Assembly: GCA_030652945.1 (NCBI GenBank)
Contig: JAUSAI010000152.1
Span: 1 to 57,315, forward strand
Reading direction: 5' to 3'
DNA: 57,315 nt
From: Caldisericota bacterium
GTDB lineage: Bacteria > Caldisericota > Caldisericia > Cryosericales > Cryosericaceae
Made by a program: the position numbers and the translations under genes. Each line of letters begins with the position of its first letter. The stretch's first letter is position 1. Under the pieces are notes generated by a model. It was not told where the DNA came from and made no database searches. It saw only the letters and a list, made by a program, of their open reading frames with translations. Below are positions 19,258-29,571 of the stretch, in pieces.

Positions 19258-20601
19258 ATGGAACAGCAACAACCCGGCTCATGGCAGCAACTGCTCGACG
19301 TTTTTGGCAAGCAACTCTCCCGCCCCACATACGAAATGTGGTTCAAGAACGCGACGACCCTTCATGAAGACGACACGTCACTGACCATAGGTGTACCGAG
19401 CGAATTTGCCCGAGACTGGCTCGTCAGCAGATACTACGATGTCATCAAGGAAACGATCGACGTCATCAAGGGTTGTCCCACAAGCATCTCGATCGAAGTA
19501 GTCCAGTCGAGGCAGGAGGAGCCCCCCGCATTTGAGCCAGGGGCCTTCACTCGCAACAACAACCTCGTCCTCAACAAACGGTACAGGTTTGACAATTTCG
19601 TGGTCGGGGCCAGCAATCGCCTCGCTTTCGCTGCCTGCAATGCAGTAGCGGGAAACCCTGGCAACGTCTACAATCCGCTCTACATCTACGGCGGCGTAGG
19701 GCTTGGCAAGACGCACCTTCTTCAGGGCATCGCCCATCGCGTTCTGACGCAAGATCCCAGCAAGAAGATCGTCTACACAACGGGTGAGAAGTTCACAAAC
19801 GAGGTCATCAGCTCGATTCAGAACTCTCGCAACAACAACGCTGTCATCGAGAACTTCCACAAGGAAACCCGCAGTGCAGACGTTCTCCTCATCGACGACA
19901 TCCAGTTCCTCGCGGGGAAGGAGCGTACACAGGAGGAGTTCTTCCACATCTTCAACGCTCTCTACGATGCACACAAGCAGATTGTCATCACTTCCGACGT
20001 GCTCCCGAAGGAAATCGCCACGCTGGAGGAACGTCTGTCTTCCCGCTTCGAGTGGGGTCTTATCGCCGACATCAGCAAACCCGACTACGAGACGAAGGTG
20101 GCGATTCTGAAGAAGAAGGCGGAGCTCGACAAAATCGACGTGCCCCAGGAAGTACTCGAGTACATCGCCGCGAATATCGGCAGCAACATACGGGAGCTCG
20201 AGGGCGCGTTGATGCGAGTCCTCGCAACGGCCTCCCTTACGAACGAAGAGGTAACGTTGAGTTTCACCGAGGAAACGCTCAAGGACATCATCCCCGTCAT
20301 CAACCGTCCCATAACTATTGATGCCATCATGGAGGCTGTCGCAGCATACTTCAAGATCACCGTGTCCGACCTTCAGGCAAAACGACGGAGTCAGGATGTT
20401 GCCATGCCCCGGCAGATTGCGATGTACATGAGCCGAGACCTGACCGAAGCATCTCTCCCCTACATCGGCGAGAAATTTGGCGGACGCGATCATACCACCG
20501 TCATCTATGCATGTCAGAAGATCCAGGCAGACATGAAAGGTAACGAAGCCCTGCGGGCACTCATTGACACCTTGGTAAAACAGCTGAAGAGGGGTGTATA
20601 G
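19258..20601 (+). CDS. dnaA: chromosomal replication initiator DnaA
   Basis: [39 protein letters not shown]. Confidence 0.99.
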   Translation: MEQQQPGSWQQLLDVFGKQLSRPTYEMWFKNATTLHEDDTSLTIGVPSEFARDWLVSRYYDVIKETIDVIKGCPTSISIEVVQSRQEEPPAFEPGAFTRNNNLVLNKRYRFDNFVVGASNRLAFAACNAVAGNPGNVYNPLYIYGGVGLGKTHLLQGIAHRVLTQDPSKKIVYTTGEKFTNEVISSIQNSRNNNAVIENFHKETRSADVLLIDDIQFLAGKERTQEEFFHIFNALYDAHKQIVITSDVLPKEIATLEERLSSRFEWGLIADISKPDYETKVAILKKKAELDKIDVPQEVLEYIAANIGSNIRELEGALMRVLATASLTNEEVTLSFTEETLKDIIPVINRPITIDAIMEAVAAYFKITVSDLQAKRRSQDVAMPRQIAMYMSRDLTEASLPYIGEKFGGRDHTTVIYACQKIQADMKGNEALRALIDTLVKQLKRGV

Positions 20602-20788
20602 AGTGTCAGTACTATTCTCATGTAGAGAATCTGTGGACACTGTGGATATTGTACATAGGTTCTCCACAGGCTTTTCGATGCCGCAGTCATTTTCCAGCAC
20701 CTGCATTCAGCCATCTACCAACACTGCCAAGCAGCTTATTGTTATGATGATGTCAAAGATAGTCTCTTCGTACTAATTGGGAGGATAT
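20602..20788. other. candidate oriC (dnaA-dnaN intergenic)
   Basis: Tandem degenerate DnaA boxes at 20621, 20632, 20641, 20650, 20660, then AT-rich TTATTGTTATGATGATG (trio/DUE-like) at about 20736. Confidence 0.75.
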
Positions 20789-21868
20789 ATGAAACTAGTA
20801 ACAAAAGCTGACGGACTAGGCAAGAAACTTGCACAGCATGCAAAGGTCATACAGCAGAAGAGTTCGACCTTTACCTCTGATGCAGTTCTCCTTTCAGCAG
20901 AAGGTGAAATGCTTCGATTGACAAGTACTGATCTCACAACGTACTTGTCCAATGGGGAACCTGCCCAGGTATTGGAACCGGGGCGTTCTCTTGTACCCTT
21001 CAAGTTTCTGAAGGACATTGTTTCGGCTCTCTCGGGTGACATTACCATTGAGGGAGATGAGAAGAAACTCCAAATTCTATCGGGACATACTCACTACGAT
21101 CTTTCGTGCTACCAGTTGGATACGTTTCCAACAGTTCCCGAAATCAAGGAAGGTCGGGAATACGAGTTCAGTTTGAATGAGTATACAAATGCTATTGGAC
21201 GCGTACTTCCATGTGTGGAACGAAATGAGAAGCGGCGACTGGAATTTCAGGGAATACTCCTTGAACAGACAAAGGAGTTCTTTCGATTTGTAGCCACTGA
21301 TTCCCGTCGTCTTGGCTACGTTCAGTTTGACTTCAAGCGCGACCCGCTGCGTGCGATCGTACCAACAAAAGTTTTTGAATCATTCAAACCAGCAAGCGAT
21401 GTCCGGATTGTTGTTACGGAGGACGAGTGCCTCTTCTCGTCGGGAGACATACAGATCGTTTCACTACTTATCGGGGCAGAGTTTCCAAACTATGGCGATA
21501 TCATTCCACGAGAGTGGGAATATACCGTTACCGTAGACCGAACCGACATACTGGATTCTCTGCGGCGAGTTGGTGTTGTCGTCTTTGGTGGTACGGATGT
21601 TGTGACACTCCAGTTCAAAGATGGACATCTCCGCGTTCAGGCCAGTGCACAGGATCAAGGAAATGCCAGTGACGAGATCAACTACGAGGGTGAGGCGGGA
21701 GGCCTTTCAATTTCATTCTTCGGAACGAAACTGCTCGACGGCATTGCGTGTGTTTCTACCGAACATGTCGAGATATGTATGAACAGTGCCGTTCATCCCG
21801 TCATCATACGAGATCAGGGTAAGGACAACTTCCTGTATCTTGTTATGCCGCACAAACAGATGGAATAG
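20789..21868 (+). CDS. dnaN: DNA polymerase III beta clamp
   Basis: STDL, VATDSRRL, FPNY.DIIP, YLVMP; downstream of dnaA. Confidence 0.93.
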   Translation: MKLVTKADGLGKKLAQHAKVIQQKSSTFTSDAVLLSAEGEMLRLTSTDLTTYLSNGEPAQVLEPGRSLVPFKFLKDIVSALSGDITIEGDEKKLQILSGHTHYDLSCYQLDTFPTVPEIKEGREYEFSLNEYTNAIGRVLPCVERNEKRRLEFQGILLEQTKEFFRFVATDSRRLGYVQFDFKRDPLRAIVPTKVFESFKPASDVRIVVTEDECLFSSGDIQIVSLLIGAEFPNYGDIIPREWEYTVTVDRTDILDSLRRVGVVVFGGTDVVTLQFKDGHLRVQASAQDQGNASDEINYEGEAGGLSISFFGTKLLDGIACVSTEHVEICMNSAVHPVIIRDQGKDNFLYLVMPHKQME

Positions 21869-21887
21869 TCGCCCACGAAGAAGGGCA

Positions 21888-22955
21888 ATGTATCTCGAAT
21901 CGTTGTGGGTACAGGGGTTTCGGGTACTGGAGGACAAGCACCTACAAGAACTTGGGCCACTTGTCGTCGTTGAAGGAGAGAACGGAGCCGGGAAGACGAC
22001 GTTATTAGACGCCATCTACTTCCTGGCTTCCGGCAGGTCTTTCCTTGGTATGACAAATGGGGAGCTTGTCCGGGATGGCAGCGCGTACTTCGTTGTAGGA
22101 GGCGAGTACAAGTCCTATGACTCGGTAGCGAGAGTTCCGCTGTTGCATTCGGTACAGGCGCTGTATACGGCGGAAGGGCACAAGGAAGCGCGCATCGACG
22201 GGACAATCTACCGTGGGTTCATCCATCTCATCGGTGGCCTGCGCGTGATGCAGTTCAACTTCAATTCGGTCTTCCTCGTCAAGGGGATGCCATCCGTACG
22301 TCGTCAGTTTTTGAACCTCCTTATCGCCTCGTGTGACCGGAGGTACCTCGAGACCCTTTCCTCCTACAACTCGGTCGTGTCCAGAAAGAACGTATTGCTG
22401 AAACAGGGGATTGTCGGGGAGGGCAATCGTTCCCTGCTCGACCTCTTCGACGAGCAGATCGTGCGGCTGTCAAACTCCATCTATGCTCAGCGACGGACCG
22501 CTCTAGTTGCCATCAACGGTGATATGGAACGCCTGATCGGCGAGGGACTGTTCGGGCGATTGGCCGGGATCCGGATTTCCTATGAAACGCAAGATCTGGA
22601 CGCAGAGACTCTACGTTCAGCCCGAGAGCGGGAGATTGTGCGTCACATGTGCTTGGCAGGATGTCACCTGGACGACTTCGTCCTTACACGGAATGGTCGA
22701 CCACTGAGGGAGACGGCATCACTTGGAGAGGCCAAGATCACCTCTCTCTTGCTTACGTTCGCGGGGGCAGAGTATGTGCGGTCAATGAGCGGCGAATATC
22801 CGGTCTTACTCTTGGATGACCTTGAGGGGGATATCGACGCACAGAACATGACGCGGGTGACTCGACTCCTGCGCTGCTTTGAACAGACGTTCGTGACATC
22901 ATTCGACGTCGAACGGCTGGGGGGAAACCTCTCGGCCGTCCGGATCCAGCTGTGA
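21888..22955 (+). CDS. recF: DNA replication/repair protein RecF
   Basis: GENGAGKT..LDAIY, G.PS.RR.F, ASLGE, PVLLLDD. Confidence 0.93.
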   Translation: MYLESLWVQGFRVLEDKHLQELGPLVVVEGENGAGKTTLLDAIYFLASGRSFLGMTNGELVRDGSAYFVVGGEYKSYDSVARVPLLHSVQALYTAEGHKEARIDGTIYRGFIHLIGGLRVMQFNFNSVFLVKGMPSVRRQFLNLLIASCDRRYLETLSSYNSVVSRKNVLLKQGIVGEGNRSLLDLFDEQIVRLSNSIYAQRRTALVAINGDMERLIGEGLFGRLAGIRISYETQDLDAETLRSAREREIVRHMCLAGCHLDDFVLTRNGRPLRETASLGEAKITSLLLTFAGAEYVRSMSGEYPVLLLDDLEGDIDAQNMTRVTRLLRCFEQTFVTSFDVERLGGNLSAVRIQL

Positions 22956-23521
22956 GACTTCCGAGCGACATTCAGCGGCTCGGCGACATTCTTGATGAGA
23001 TGCGCCGAACCGGGCACCTGGACAAAGGGATCAAGGTTCAATCACTGTCAACTATCTGGCCGGCCATCAGAACACTCTGGGGGCAGCAGACGGTAGGTTC
23101 ATATGTCGCCCTCAATTCGCGTCCGGTTCAATTCAAGAGTGGGGTCCTGACGATTCTATGTGCCAACAACTCTATCATGCAGGTTCTCGCGGAGCAGAAG
23201 GAGCAGGTCATCCAACGACTCAACGCTCGCATGGGTGCACCTCTGATTACGGACCTTGCATTTGGTCTCAGCAGCGTTCATGAGGTTTCACCGCAGCGCG
23301 CGGCAGCTCCTATCCCCGCCGCACCAGTGAATGAATCGCTTAGGCGCGTGGTCGAACTCAACGAGGCCCAGAAATCGCAAGTCGAGCGGGCGGCCAGTCA
23401 AGTCGCGAATCCGTCGCTGCGAGCGGCATTTCGGCGCGCCTATGCCGCATGGCTCAGGTGGGATATCTGGCGTCGTCGTCAGGCACAACAACGACAAGGA
23501 AGACCAGCGTCTCGAAATTGA
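22952..23521 (+). CDS. dciA: DciA/DUF721 family protein
   Basis: W...VG..VA..SRP..FKSGVL pattern; GTGA overlap with recF. Confidence 0.75.
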   Translation: MRLPSDIQRLGDILDEMRRTGHLDKGIKVQSLSTIWPAIRTLWGQQTVGSYVALNSRPVQFKSGVLTILCANNSIMQVLAEQKEQVIQRLNARMGAPLITDLAFGLSSVHEVSPQRAAAPIPAAPVNESLRRVVELNEAQKSQVERAASQVANPSLRAAFRRAYAAWLRWDIWRRRQAQQRQGRPASRN

Positions 23522-23527
23522 CTCACA

Positions 23528-23710
23528 TATTCCACAAGGGCTGTGGATAACTTCATGAGGCGCAAGAGTCTTCATTGACGTGCTGTCTAGCGTACGTGCG
23601 CGCCACGAACAGCCTACGATCAGCTGAGGAAACCGAACAGCGCATCCAGACAATACCGCCGACATCATGCGTCAGATTTCCCACAGCCTCTCGCGTCAGC
23701 ATGTGGATAA
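23528..23710. promoter_or_regulatory. second DnaA-box cluster
   Basis: Perfect TGTGGATAA at 23542 and 23702; degenerate TATTCCACA 23528 and TTTCCCACA 23677. Confidence 0.7.
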
Positions 23711-23773
23711 GATCGTGAGTTCCGATGGGATGCTTCTCCATTGACAATCATTGTCTGCCGGTAGAATGGAATC

Positions 23774-24148
23774 ATGAGAACAAAGGTTGCACTGATTGCA
23801 CATGACCGCAAGAAACCGGAAATGATAGCGCTTTGCAGGGACTTTCAGGAGGCGTTGGCTCGGGAGGAGCTGGTTGCCACGAAGAGCACGGGAGGACTCA
23901 TCGAAGAACTCACCGGCTTGAAGGTCACAAAGGTGAACTCTGGTGAGAAGGGCGGGGACCTGCAGATAGGCTCCATGATCGCTTCCGACCAGATCAAGGC
24001 CGTCATCTTCCTGCGAGACGCACTGACGGCACATCCTCATGAGCCCGACATCAACGCCGTCCTGAAGATCTGTGACGTCAACGACGTCCCACTGGCGACA
24101 AATACGTCGACGGCGCGCATTGTCCTGTCAGAGCTCAAGGATATGTAG
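23774..24148 (+). CDS. mgsA: methylglyoxal synthase
   Basis: VALIAHD.KK, AT.STG, SG..GGD.QI, PHEPD, ATN.STA. Confidence 0.95.
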   Translation: MRTKVALIAHDRKKPEMIALCRDFQEALAREELVATKSTGGLIEELTGLKVTKVNSGEKGGDLQIGSMIASDQIKAVIFLRDALTAHPHEPDINAVLKICDVNDVPLATNTSTARIVLSELKDM

Positions 24149-24214
24149 CATCGTCCGTGCGCTACGACGGTAGACGCGTGGAAGTGCACTGGCGCACGGA
24201 GGAGCTGGAGAAGT

Positions 24215-25441
24215 CTACTGGCTGATGGCCCTTAGCGTGACCGTTATGGTCTGAGACCGGCCATCGCGATGGATGACTACTTCCACATCGTCTCCAACGC
24301 TCTTCGTGCGGATGTACCTGAGGACTTCGTCAATTGTCGCGACCATCTTGCCATCGAGTTCCGTGATGACGTCGCCCTTGCGCAATCCTGCAGCTTCGGC
24401 TCCGGAATCGGCGGTGACGGAAGCGATGTAGACACCCTGCGTAATGCTGATGTTGTATTGCTGTGAGATCTCACTGCTGAGGGTTGCTCCGGTAATGCCG
24501 AGCGCCGGCCAGGTTATGCTGCCGGTCGCGATGATAGAGTCGTAGACCTTCCTCGCAGTGTTGACTGAAACGGAGAAACCGAGCCCCTGGGCATTCTGAT
24601 AAATCATCGTATTGATGCCGACAACCCGCCCGGAGAGATCGACGAGTGGGCCGCCGGAATTGCCCGGGTTGATGGCGGCGTCCGTCTGGACGACGCCGAC
24701 AAGAGTCTTGCCCTGGTCTGCCTGGATATTGCGCTCCAGGGCAGAAATGACACCTGTGGTGACCGTCTGGTCAAGCCCATAGGGATTGCCGATGGCGATG
24801 ACCTTTTGCCCGACAGTCAGCCTGGAGGAGTCTCCAAGCTGGATTGTAGGCAGGTTGGCACCGCTGATCTTGACGACAGCGACATCGCTCAGAGGGTCGG
24901 TCCCCACCACCTGACCACGAAACTCGCGGCCGTCTTTGAGCGTGACGGTAATGGTCGTTGCATCCTGTACGACATGGTTGTTGGTCAGGACGTAGCCGTC
25001 CGAGGTGATGATGAACCCCGACCCAATGCCAGTCTCCTGACTGGGAATCATCCAGAAGGGGTCCTGCGCCGTGGCGGTGACGTTGATGCGGACAACAGCA
25101 GGAGAGGCAATCTTGACGGCATTCTCGACGGCTTGCTCCTCGGTTGTGACGATAGTAGTGCCGGTCGGGGTCCCCGTAAGAGGATACGAGACGGAGCGAG
25201 CCCAGGGGAAGATACCGGGATTGCTCATGACAACGTAGTTGCCGAGAATGCCTCCGAGAATGCCTCCGAACAGCATGCCAATGATGAGACCCCACACGAG
25301 GAACAGTCGGGCGGGAGACGCTGTTCGTACGGGTGGTCGGACATCGACAGGTCCAGGGGCCTGAGGTTGTGCAAGCTCCTTGGGAGCTTCAACGTCTGCT
25401 TCTTCGAAATCGGGTCGTTCGACCCCGTTTTCATCGATCAT
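24215..25441 (-). CDS. htrA: HtrA/DegP-type serine protease with PDZ domain
   Basis: GSGFII, TNNHV, QTDAAINPGNSGGPL; N-terminal TM and C-terminal PDZ. Confidence 0.95.
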   Translation of the reverse strand: MIDENGVERPDFEEADVEAPKELAQPQAPGPVDVRPPVRTASPARLFLVWGLIIGMLFGGILGGILGNYVVMSNPGIFPWARSVSYPLTGTPTGTTIVTTEEQAVENAVKIASPAVVRINVTATAQDPFWMIPSQETGIGSGFIITSDGYVLTNNHVVQDATTITVTLKDGREFRGQVVGTDPLSDVAVVKISGANLPTIQLGDSSRLTVGQKVIAIGNPYGLDQTVTTGVISALERNIQADQGKTLVGVVQTDAAINPGNSGGPLVDLSGRVVGINTMIYQNAQGLGFSVSVNTARKVYDSIIATGSITWPALGITGATLSSEISQQYNISITQGVYIASVTADSGAEAAGLRKGDVITELDGKMVATIDEVLRYIRTKSVGDDVEVVIHRDGRSQTITVTLRAISQ

Positions 25442-25556
25442 TTGCGGTTCCTCCTCGCCTGATACAGAGAACTAGGTGTCACGTAATAGTACGCATCAGA
25501 CGTCGACGCAGGTACACGGGAAGTGTGAAGACGAGGGGGAGGAGGAATCATTCCTG

Positions 25557-27110
25557 CTACAGCTCAACCACATCGCCATTGTCGACGACGTGCACGCGTC
25601 CTGGGAATCGTTCCGCGTATAGCTGGCGGTGTTCTGAGTGGAGAGGGTAGACGTGTTTCGGATTGAGCTGCTCGATGATGCGGAAGAGATCCTCCGGTGG
25701 TGCGTGCCCGGACGCGTGAATGTGCACGGAGTCCATGCGCATGAGCTTCAGCCACTCGGCAAGCCTTTCCTGACTCCAGGCCATCTCCTCGTTGAATGCC
25801 TCCGCGGACGAATGGATGTACAGCGAGCCAGGAGCAGGGCGCAGGTCGCATAGCTCCTGGACGTCCCAGTAGCCCAGGGAGAGGAGGTAGTCGGACTGGT
25901 GAGTTGTGACCTCATCCGCCCGGACCACACGGGGACACGATTCGTTGAGCACATCACCTACCGCTTTCTTCTTCTCCGCGACATCCAGTGAGTCGGGACT
26001 CCGGCCCGCGAAGCGAAGGATCATCGAACGAGCCCAGTCCTGTTTGACATCACCCCTGTCGTAGGTGCCACTGCCACTGCGCTTGACGTAGAGGACAACG
26101 TCGGGATCCTGCAGGTCGATAGCTGGGTAGCCCGCTTCCTGTGCCAGGTGGACGATGTAGGCGTCGCGAGGGAGTACTGCCAGGCGGCGTCCTGTGGCGC
26201 GCGCCACTTGCCGGAACGTCATCAAGCGGTCCAGGTCCTTCATGCCAAAGTCTGCGACGACAAGTCCATGTGCATTCTGGATCTCTTCCAGTGCCTTTGC
26301 CTCAACCTCCTGTTCCGACCAGAACCTGAAGCGGCGGGCAAACGCCGGTTCCTTGGCAGCGAAAGAGTCATCTCCGCGCAGGTTGGTGCCCTCGATGAGG
26401 AGGGCATCTGGATGCGCCAGAGCAAGACTCTCGACACTGCTTTCTGTCACATGCCCCATGCGGCCATGGAACCGGAGGTCCCCCGTATACACCAGCTTCC
26501 CACCCTCGTACTCGATGAGGTAGGCACACGCCCCCGGGACACTATGGTCGACCGGGTACGGTGTGACGCGGCAGTCAGGAAACTGCATAGGACTAGGCAG
26601 GTCGATGAGTTGTCGGTGACCGTGTTTGTCAGAGCCCAGGTTGGGGCGCAGGATGAAGTCGGTCACGCTGTTCTCTGGCCCGGAACTGACCTGTGTCTCC
26701 TCGACAGCCCGCAGGATGGCAGCCGTAACCGGCGTGGCATAGAGCGGGATGGTTTCATCCAGAAACGAGATCGAACCAGTGTGGTCGACATGTGCGTGGG
26801 TGATGAAGCACGCGTCGATGTGGCCGGGGTTCGTCAGTTGCGCCGCCAGGTCGGGCCGCGTATCCTCCAGGAGCGTCATGAGGTCCGAACGGTAGAGCTT
26901 CATCTTGGGCAGCAGTCCTGTCGCCAGGTAGTCGGTGAGGCCCGCCGACGTGCGAGGGGTGAGAAACTCCTCGAAGTACTTCCCCATCGTGGCATAGTTG
27001 AGCCCAAAGTCGAACAGCAGACGCGTCGAGCCAGGAGACGCTCCCGCCTCAAACAGAAGCTTGGTGCCGCCTATTGTGGCAGCACCATCAAGCAGCGTGA
27101 AACGCGCCAT
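25557..27110 (-). CDS. beta-CASP metallo-beta-lactamase-fold hydrolase (RNase J-like)
   Basis: IGG, DFG, THAHVDH, VDHS, YTGDLRFHG, HASGHA, P.HSE. Confidence 0.85.
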   Translation of the reverse strand: MARFTLLDGAATIGGTKLLFEAGASPGSTRLLFDFGLNYATMGKYFEEFLTPRTSAGLTDYLATGLLPKMKLYRSDLMTLLEDTRPDLAAQLTNPGHIDACFITHAHVDHTGSISFLDETIPLYATPVTAAILRAVEETQVSSGPENSVTDFILRPNLGSDKHGHRQLIDLPSPMQFPDCRVTPYPVDHSVPGACAYLIEYEGGKLVYTGDLRFHGRMGHVTESSVESLALAHPDALLIEGTNLRGDDSFAAKEPAFARRFRFWSEQEVEAKALEEIQNAHGLVVADFGMKDLDRLMTFRQVARATGRRLAVLPRDAYIVHLAQEAGYPAIDLQDPDVVLYVKRSGSGTYDRGDVKQDWARSMILRFAGRSPDSLDVAEKKKAVGDVLNESCPRVVRADEVTTHQSDYLLSLGYWDVQELCDLRPAPGSLYIHSSAEAFNEEMAWSQERLAEWLKLMRMDSVHIHASGHAPPEDLFRIIEQLNPKHVYPLHSEHRQLYAERFPGRVHVVDNGDVVEL

Positions 27111-27149
27111 GGCAGCAACCCTCCCGATCGACGACGTGCCAGCGGGACA

Positions 27150-27980
27150 TCAGTCTGACGGCAGACAGCTCCCGAAGGCGTCGAGCGCCTGCAGCTTCTC
27201 CAACAGCACATAGTCCGTGATGTCGATACCCAGCGGCGTGACGCTGATGTAGCCTTCTTCCACGGCGTTGACGTCCGTGCCCTGCTGTTCGATAGGAGGG
27301 ACGTCTCCGCCAATCCAGTAGATGGGGCCCCCGAACTGATCGGTACTCGGAGTGACGCGGTGAGCATACCTTCTGCGGCCCTGCGGTGCCAACTTCACTC
27401 CGCGCACGGAGGACAAGGGACAGTTCGGAGCGTTGACATTGAGGAATAGAGTGCCGTTGAGGGGGTTGGTGAATGTCTTGACGAGGAAGCTGTTGGTTCC
27501 TATCAGATCAGGAATACGAGGAAGCAGGTGCCGTGCAAACCAGGCGGCAGGCTCGAAGTTGAAGCCCGACCCCCCGCTCTCCGGGAAGGCCGTCGAGAAC
27601 GCGATGCTCGGATACCCGGACAGGAATGCCTCGTATGCCCCTGAAACGGTTCCTGAGTAGGGGAGGTCGTCGCCCAGATTGCTGCCGTGGTTGATGCCGG
27701 AGAAGACGACGTCGACGCGTTCGGTGACGAGCGCGTCCAACCCTATCATGACGCAGTCGACGGGCGTTCCGGATACTGCCCACGCATCCACCCCCGGGCG
27801 GAGGTACTCCTCTACTCGATTGGCGCGAAGGGGCTTGTGCATGGTAAGTGAGTGGCCCTTGGCACTTTGGGGAGAGGCCGGCGCGACCACTGATACGCGG
27901 TGTTCAAGGGGAATAACCGCAACAAGCGCCTGGATACCCTGCGCCCACAAACCGTCATCATTAGTGATCAGGATGTGCAC
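27150..27980 (-). CDS. surE: 5'/3'-nucleotidase SurE
   Basis: ILITNDDG, SGTPVDC, SGINHG.NLG, YSGTV. Confidence 0.96.
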   Translation of the reverse strand: MHILITNDDGLWAQGIQALVAVIPLEHRVSVVAPASPQSAKGHSLTMHKPLRANRVEEYLRPGVDAWAVSGTPVDCVMIGLDALVTERVDVVFSGINHGSNLGDDLPYSGTVSGAYEAFLSGYPSIAFSTAFPESGGSGFNFEPAAWFARHLLPRIPDLIGTNSFLVKTFTNPLNGTLFLNVNAPNCPLSSVRGVKLAPQGRRRYAHRVTPSTDQFGGPIYWIGGDVPPIEQQGTDVNAVEEGYISVTPLGIDITDYVLLEKLQALDAFGSCLPSD

Positions 27981-27988
27981 AGCACCCT

Positions 27989-28678
27989 CTACGTGGTGTA
28001 GTTGTCGCTATGCATCCGCGTGGTTCTGGCAGTTACTGCCGCAACGACCACGCCAAAGAGGAACCCACCGATGTGTGCCCACACGGCAACGCCCTCGGCG
28101 TTCCCCGCGAACGTCCCCTGAAAGAGCTGGATGAGGAACCAGATACCCAGAAAGAGCCACGCAGGGAGGAGTATGGACGTGATAAAGACGACGAACACGA
28201 GTGTGCGAACCTTCGCGTGAGGGAAGAGAAACAGATAGGCTCCCATGACTGCGGCAATCGCACCACTGGCTCCAATCGTCGGGATGGACGACGAGGGGTC
28301 GGAAAGCAGATGCACAAGGGCTGCTGCAACACCTCCGGCGATGTAGAACAACAAATACCGCGCATGACCCAGGCGGTCCTCGATATTGTTGCCGAAGATC
28401 CACAGGAACAGCATGTTGCCCAGAACGTGTGACCAACTCCCATGGACGAACATGGACGACAGGATGCTGAGCGCGTATGGAACGAGAGGTGCTGGTGGCG
28501 GGCTGACCTTTCCGATGAGTACTCCGGGAACGAAGCCGAAGTGCAGAAAGAAGCGCCCAAGCTGGTCACCAGAGCCGAGCGTGAGCTCCCATAGCCATAC
28601 GAGGCCGTTTGCCAGAATCAGCAGAATGGTGACGAGGGGGAACGTCCGGGTCGGATTGTCGTCGCGGAGAGGGAGCAT
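27989..28678 (-). CDS. rhomboid intramembrane serine protease
   Basis: H..GNM.FL, GASGA, AHIGG. Confidence 0.93.
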   Translation of the reverse strand: MLPLRDDNPTRTFPLVTILLILANGLVWLWELTLGSGDQLGRFFLHFGFVPGVLIGKVSPPPAPLVPYALSILSSMFVHGSWSHVLGNMLFLWIFGNNIEDRLGHARYLLFYIAGGVAAALVHLLSDPSSSIPTIGASGAIAAVMGAYLFLFPHAKVRTLVFVVFITSILLPAWLFLGIWFLIQLFQGTFAGNAEGVAVWAHIGGFLFGVVVAAVTARTTRMHSDNYTT

Positions 28679-28681
28679 GTC

Positions 28682-29488
28682 CTACCCGATGCTTGCACCA
28701 TCCAGAGCGTGGAAGCAGGTGCAGTCTACCTCCGGCCCCGGAATCCGCGGAACCATTGTCTCGATGATTGCAACGAGATTCTTGAGATTGGCCTGGAAAG
28801 CCTCTAGGACCGCCTCATTGCTGACAGGTTTCACTGACCCTTCTGCCACAAGTCCTGCGTCATAGTCCGTAACGACCGAGATATTGCAGTAGCAGATTGC
28901 CTGCTCCCGGGCAAGCAGCACCTCGGGATATTGAGTCATGTTGACTGTGTGCCAGCCCATGCGTGTGAACCAGATGCTCTCAGCTTTTGTCGAGAAACGT
29001 GGCCCTTCAATGACGACACACGTTCCCCCGTCGTGGACGGACAGCCCAAGGTCCCGGATGGTTGCGACGGCAAGCCGGTTCAGTGTGGGGCAGTATGGAT
29101 CCGCGGCCGACACGTGGGTAACGACAGGGCCATCATAGAAGGTCGTATTCGACCTTGTCGTGCGATCGACGAACTGATCGGTCACGACCAGATCCCCTAC
29201 TTTGATGTTCGGCTGGAGCGAACCGACGGCGGCTGGACCGATAATCCGGCGCACCCCCAGCGACTTGAGAGCCCAGATATTCGCCCTGTAGTTGATCATA
29301 TGCGGCGGAATCTGGTGTCTTCGGCCGTGGCGCGCGAGAAAGGCGACCGTGCGGCCGGCAATCTCGCCAATCGAAATGGGGTCAGATGGAGCACCGTAGG
29401 GAGTCTCCACGTTGACGTCCTGTGCGTCCTTCAACAGCGAGTAGAAACCGGAGCCACCGATAATGCCGAGTTCAGCGTGCTGATCCAT
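28682..29488 (-). CDS. mtnP: S-methyl-5'-thioadenosine phosphorylase
   Basis: GIIGGSG, RHG..H, NYRANI, EGPRFST.AES, TDYD; ATG 29488 after AAAGGAG. Confidence 0.92.
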   Translation of the reverse strand: MDQHAELGIIGGSGFYSLLKDAQDVNVETPYGAPSDPISIGEIAGRTVAFLARHGRRHQIPPHMINYRANIWALKSLGVRRIIGPAAVGSLQPNIKVGDLVVTDQFVDRTTRSNTTFYDGPVVTHVSAADPYCPTLNRLAVATIRDLGLSVHDGGTCVVIEGPRFSTKAESIWFTRMGWHTVNMTQYPEVLLAREQAICYCNISVVTDYDAGLVAEGSVKPVSNEAVLEAFQANLKNLVAIIETMVPRIPGPEVDCTCFHALDGASIG

Positions 29489-29571
29489 GAAGCGTCTCCT
29501 TTCTGCGAAGCTGGGCTCGCGCGTCCTCGTACCGCGCAGTATATATCGAAACCGGCATCGTGGAAACCTGG

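Noticed and set aside
3354-20706. Long antisense ORFs (e.g. 3354-4652, 9455-10627, 15319-16554, 19378-20706)
   Set aside because: Shadow frames of infB, dnaE, the ECF operon and dnaA in GC-rich DNA; no recognisable motifs
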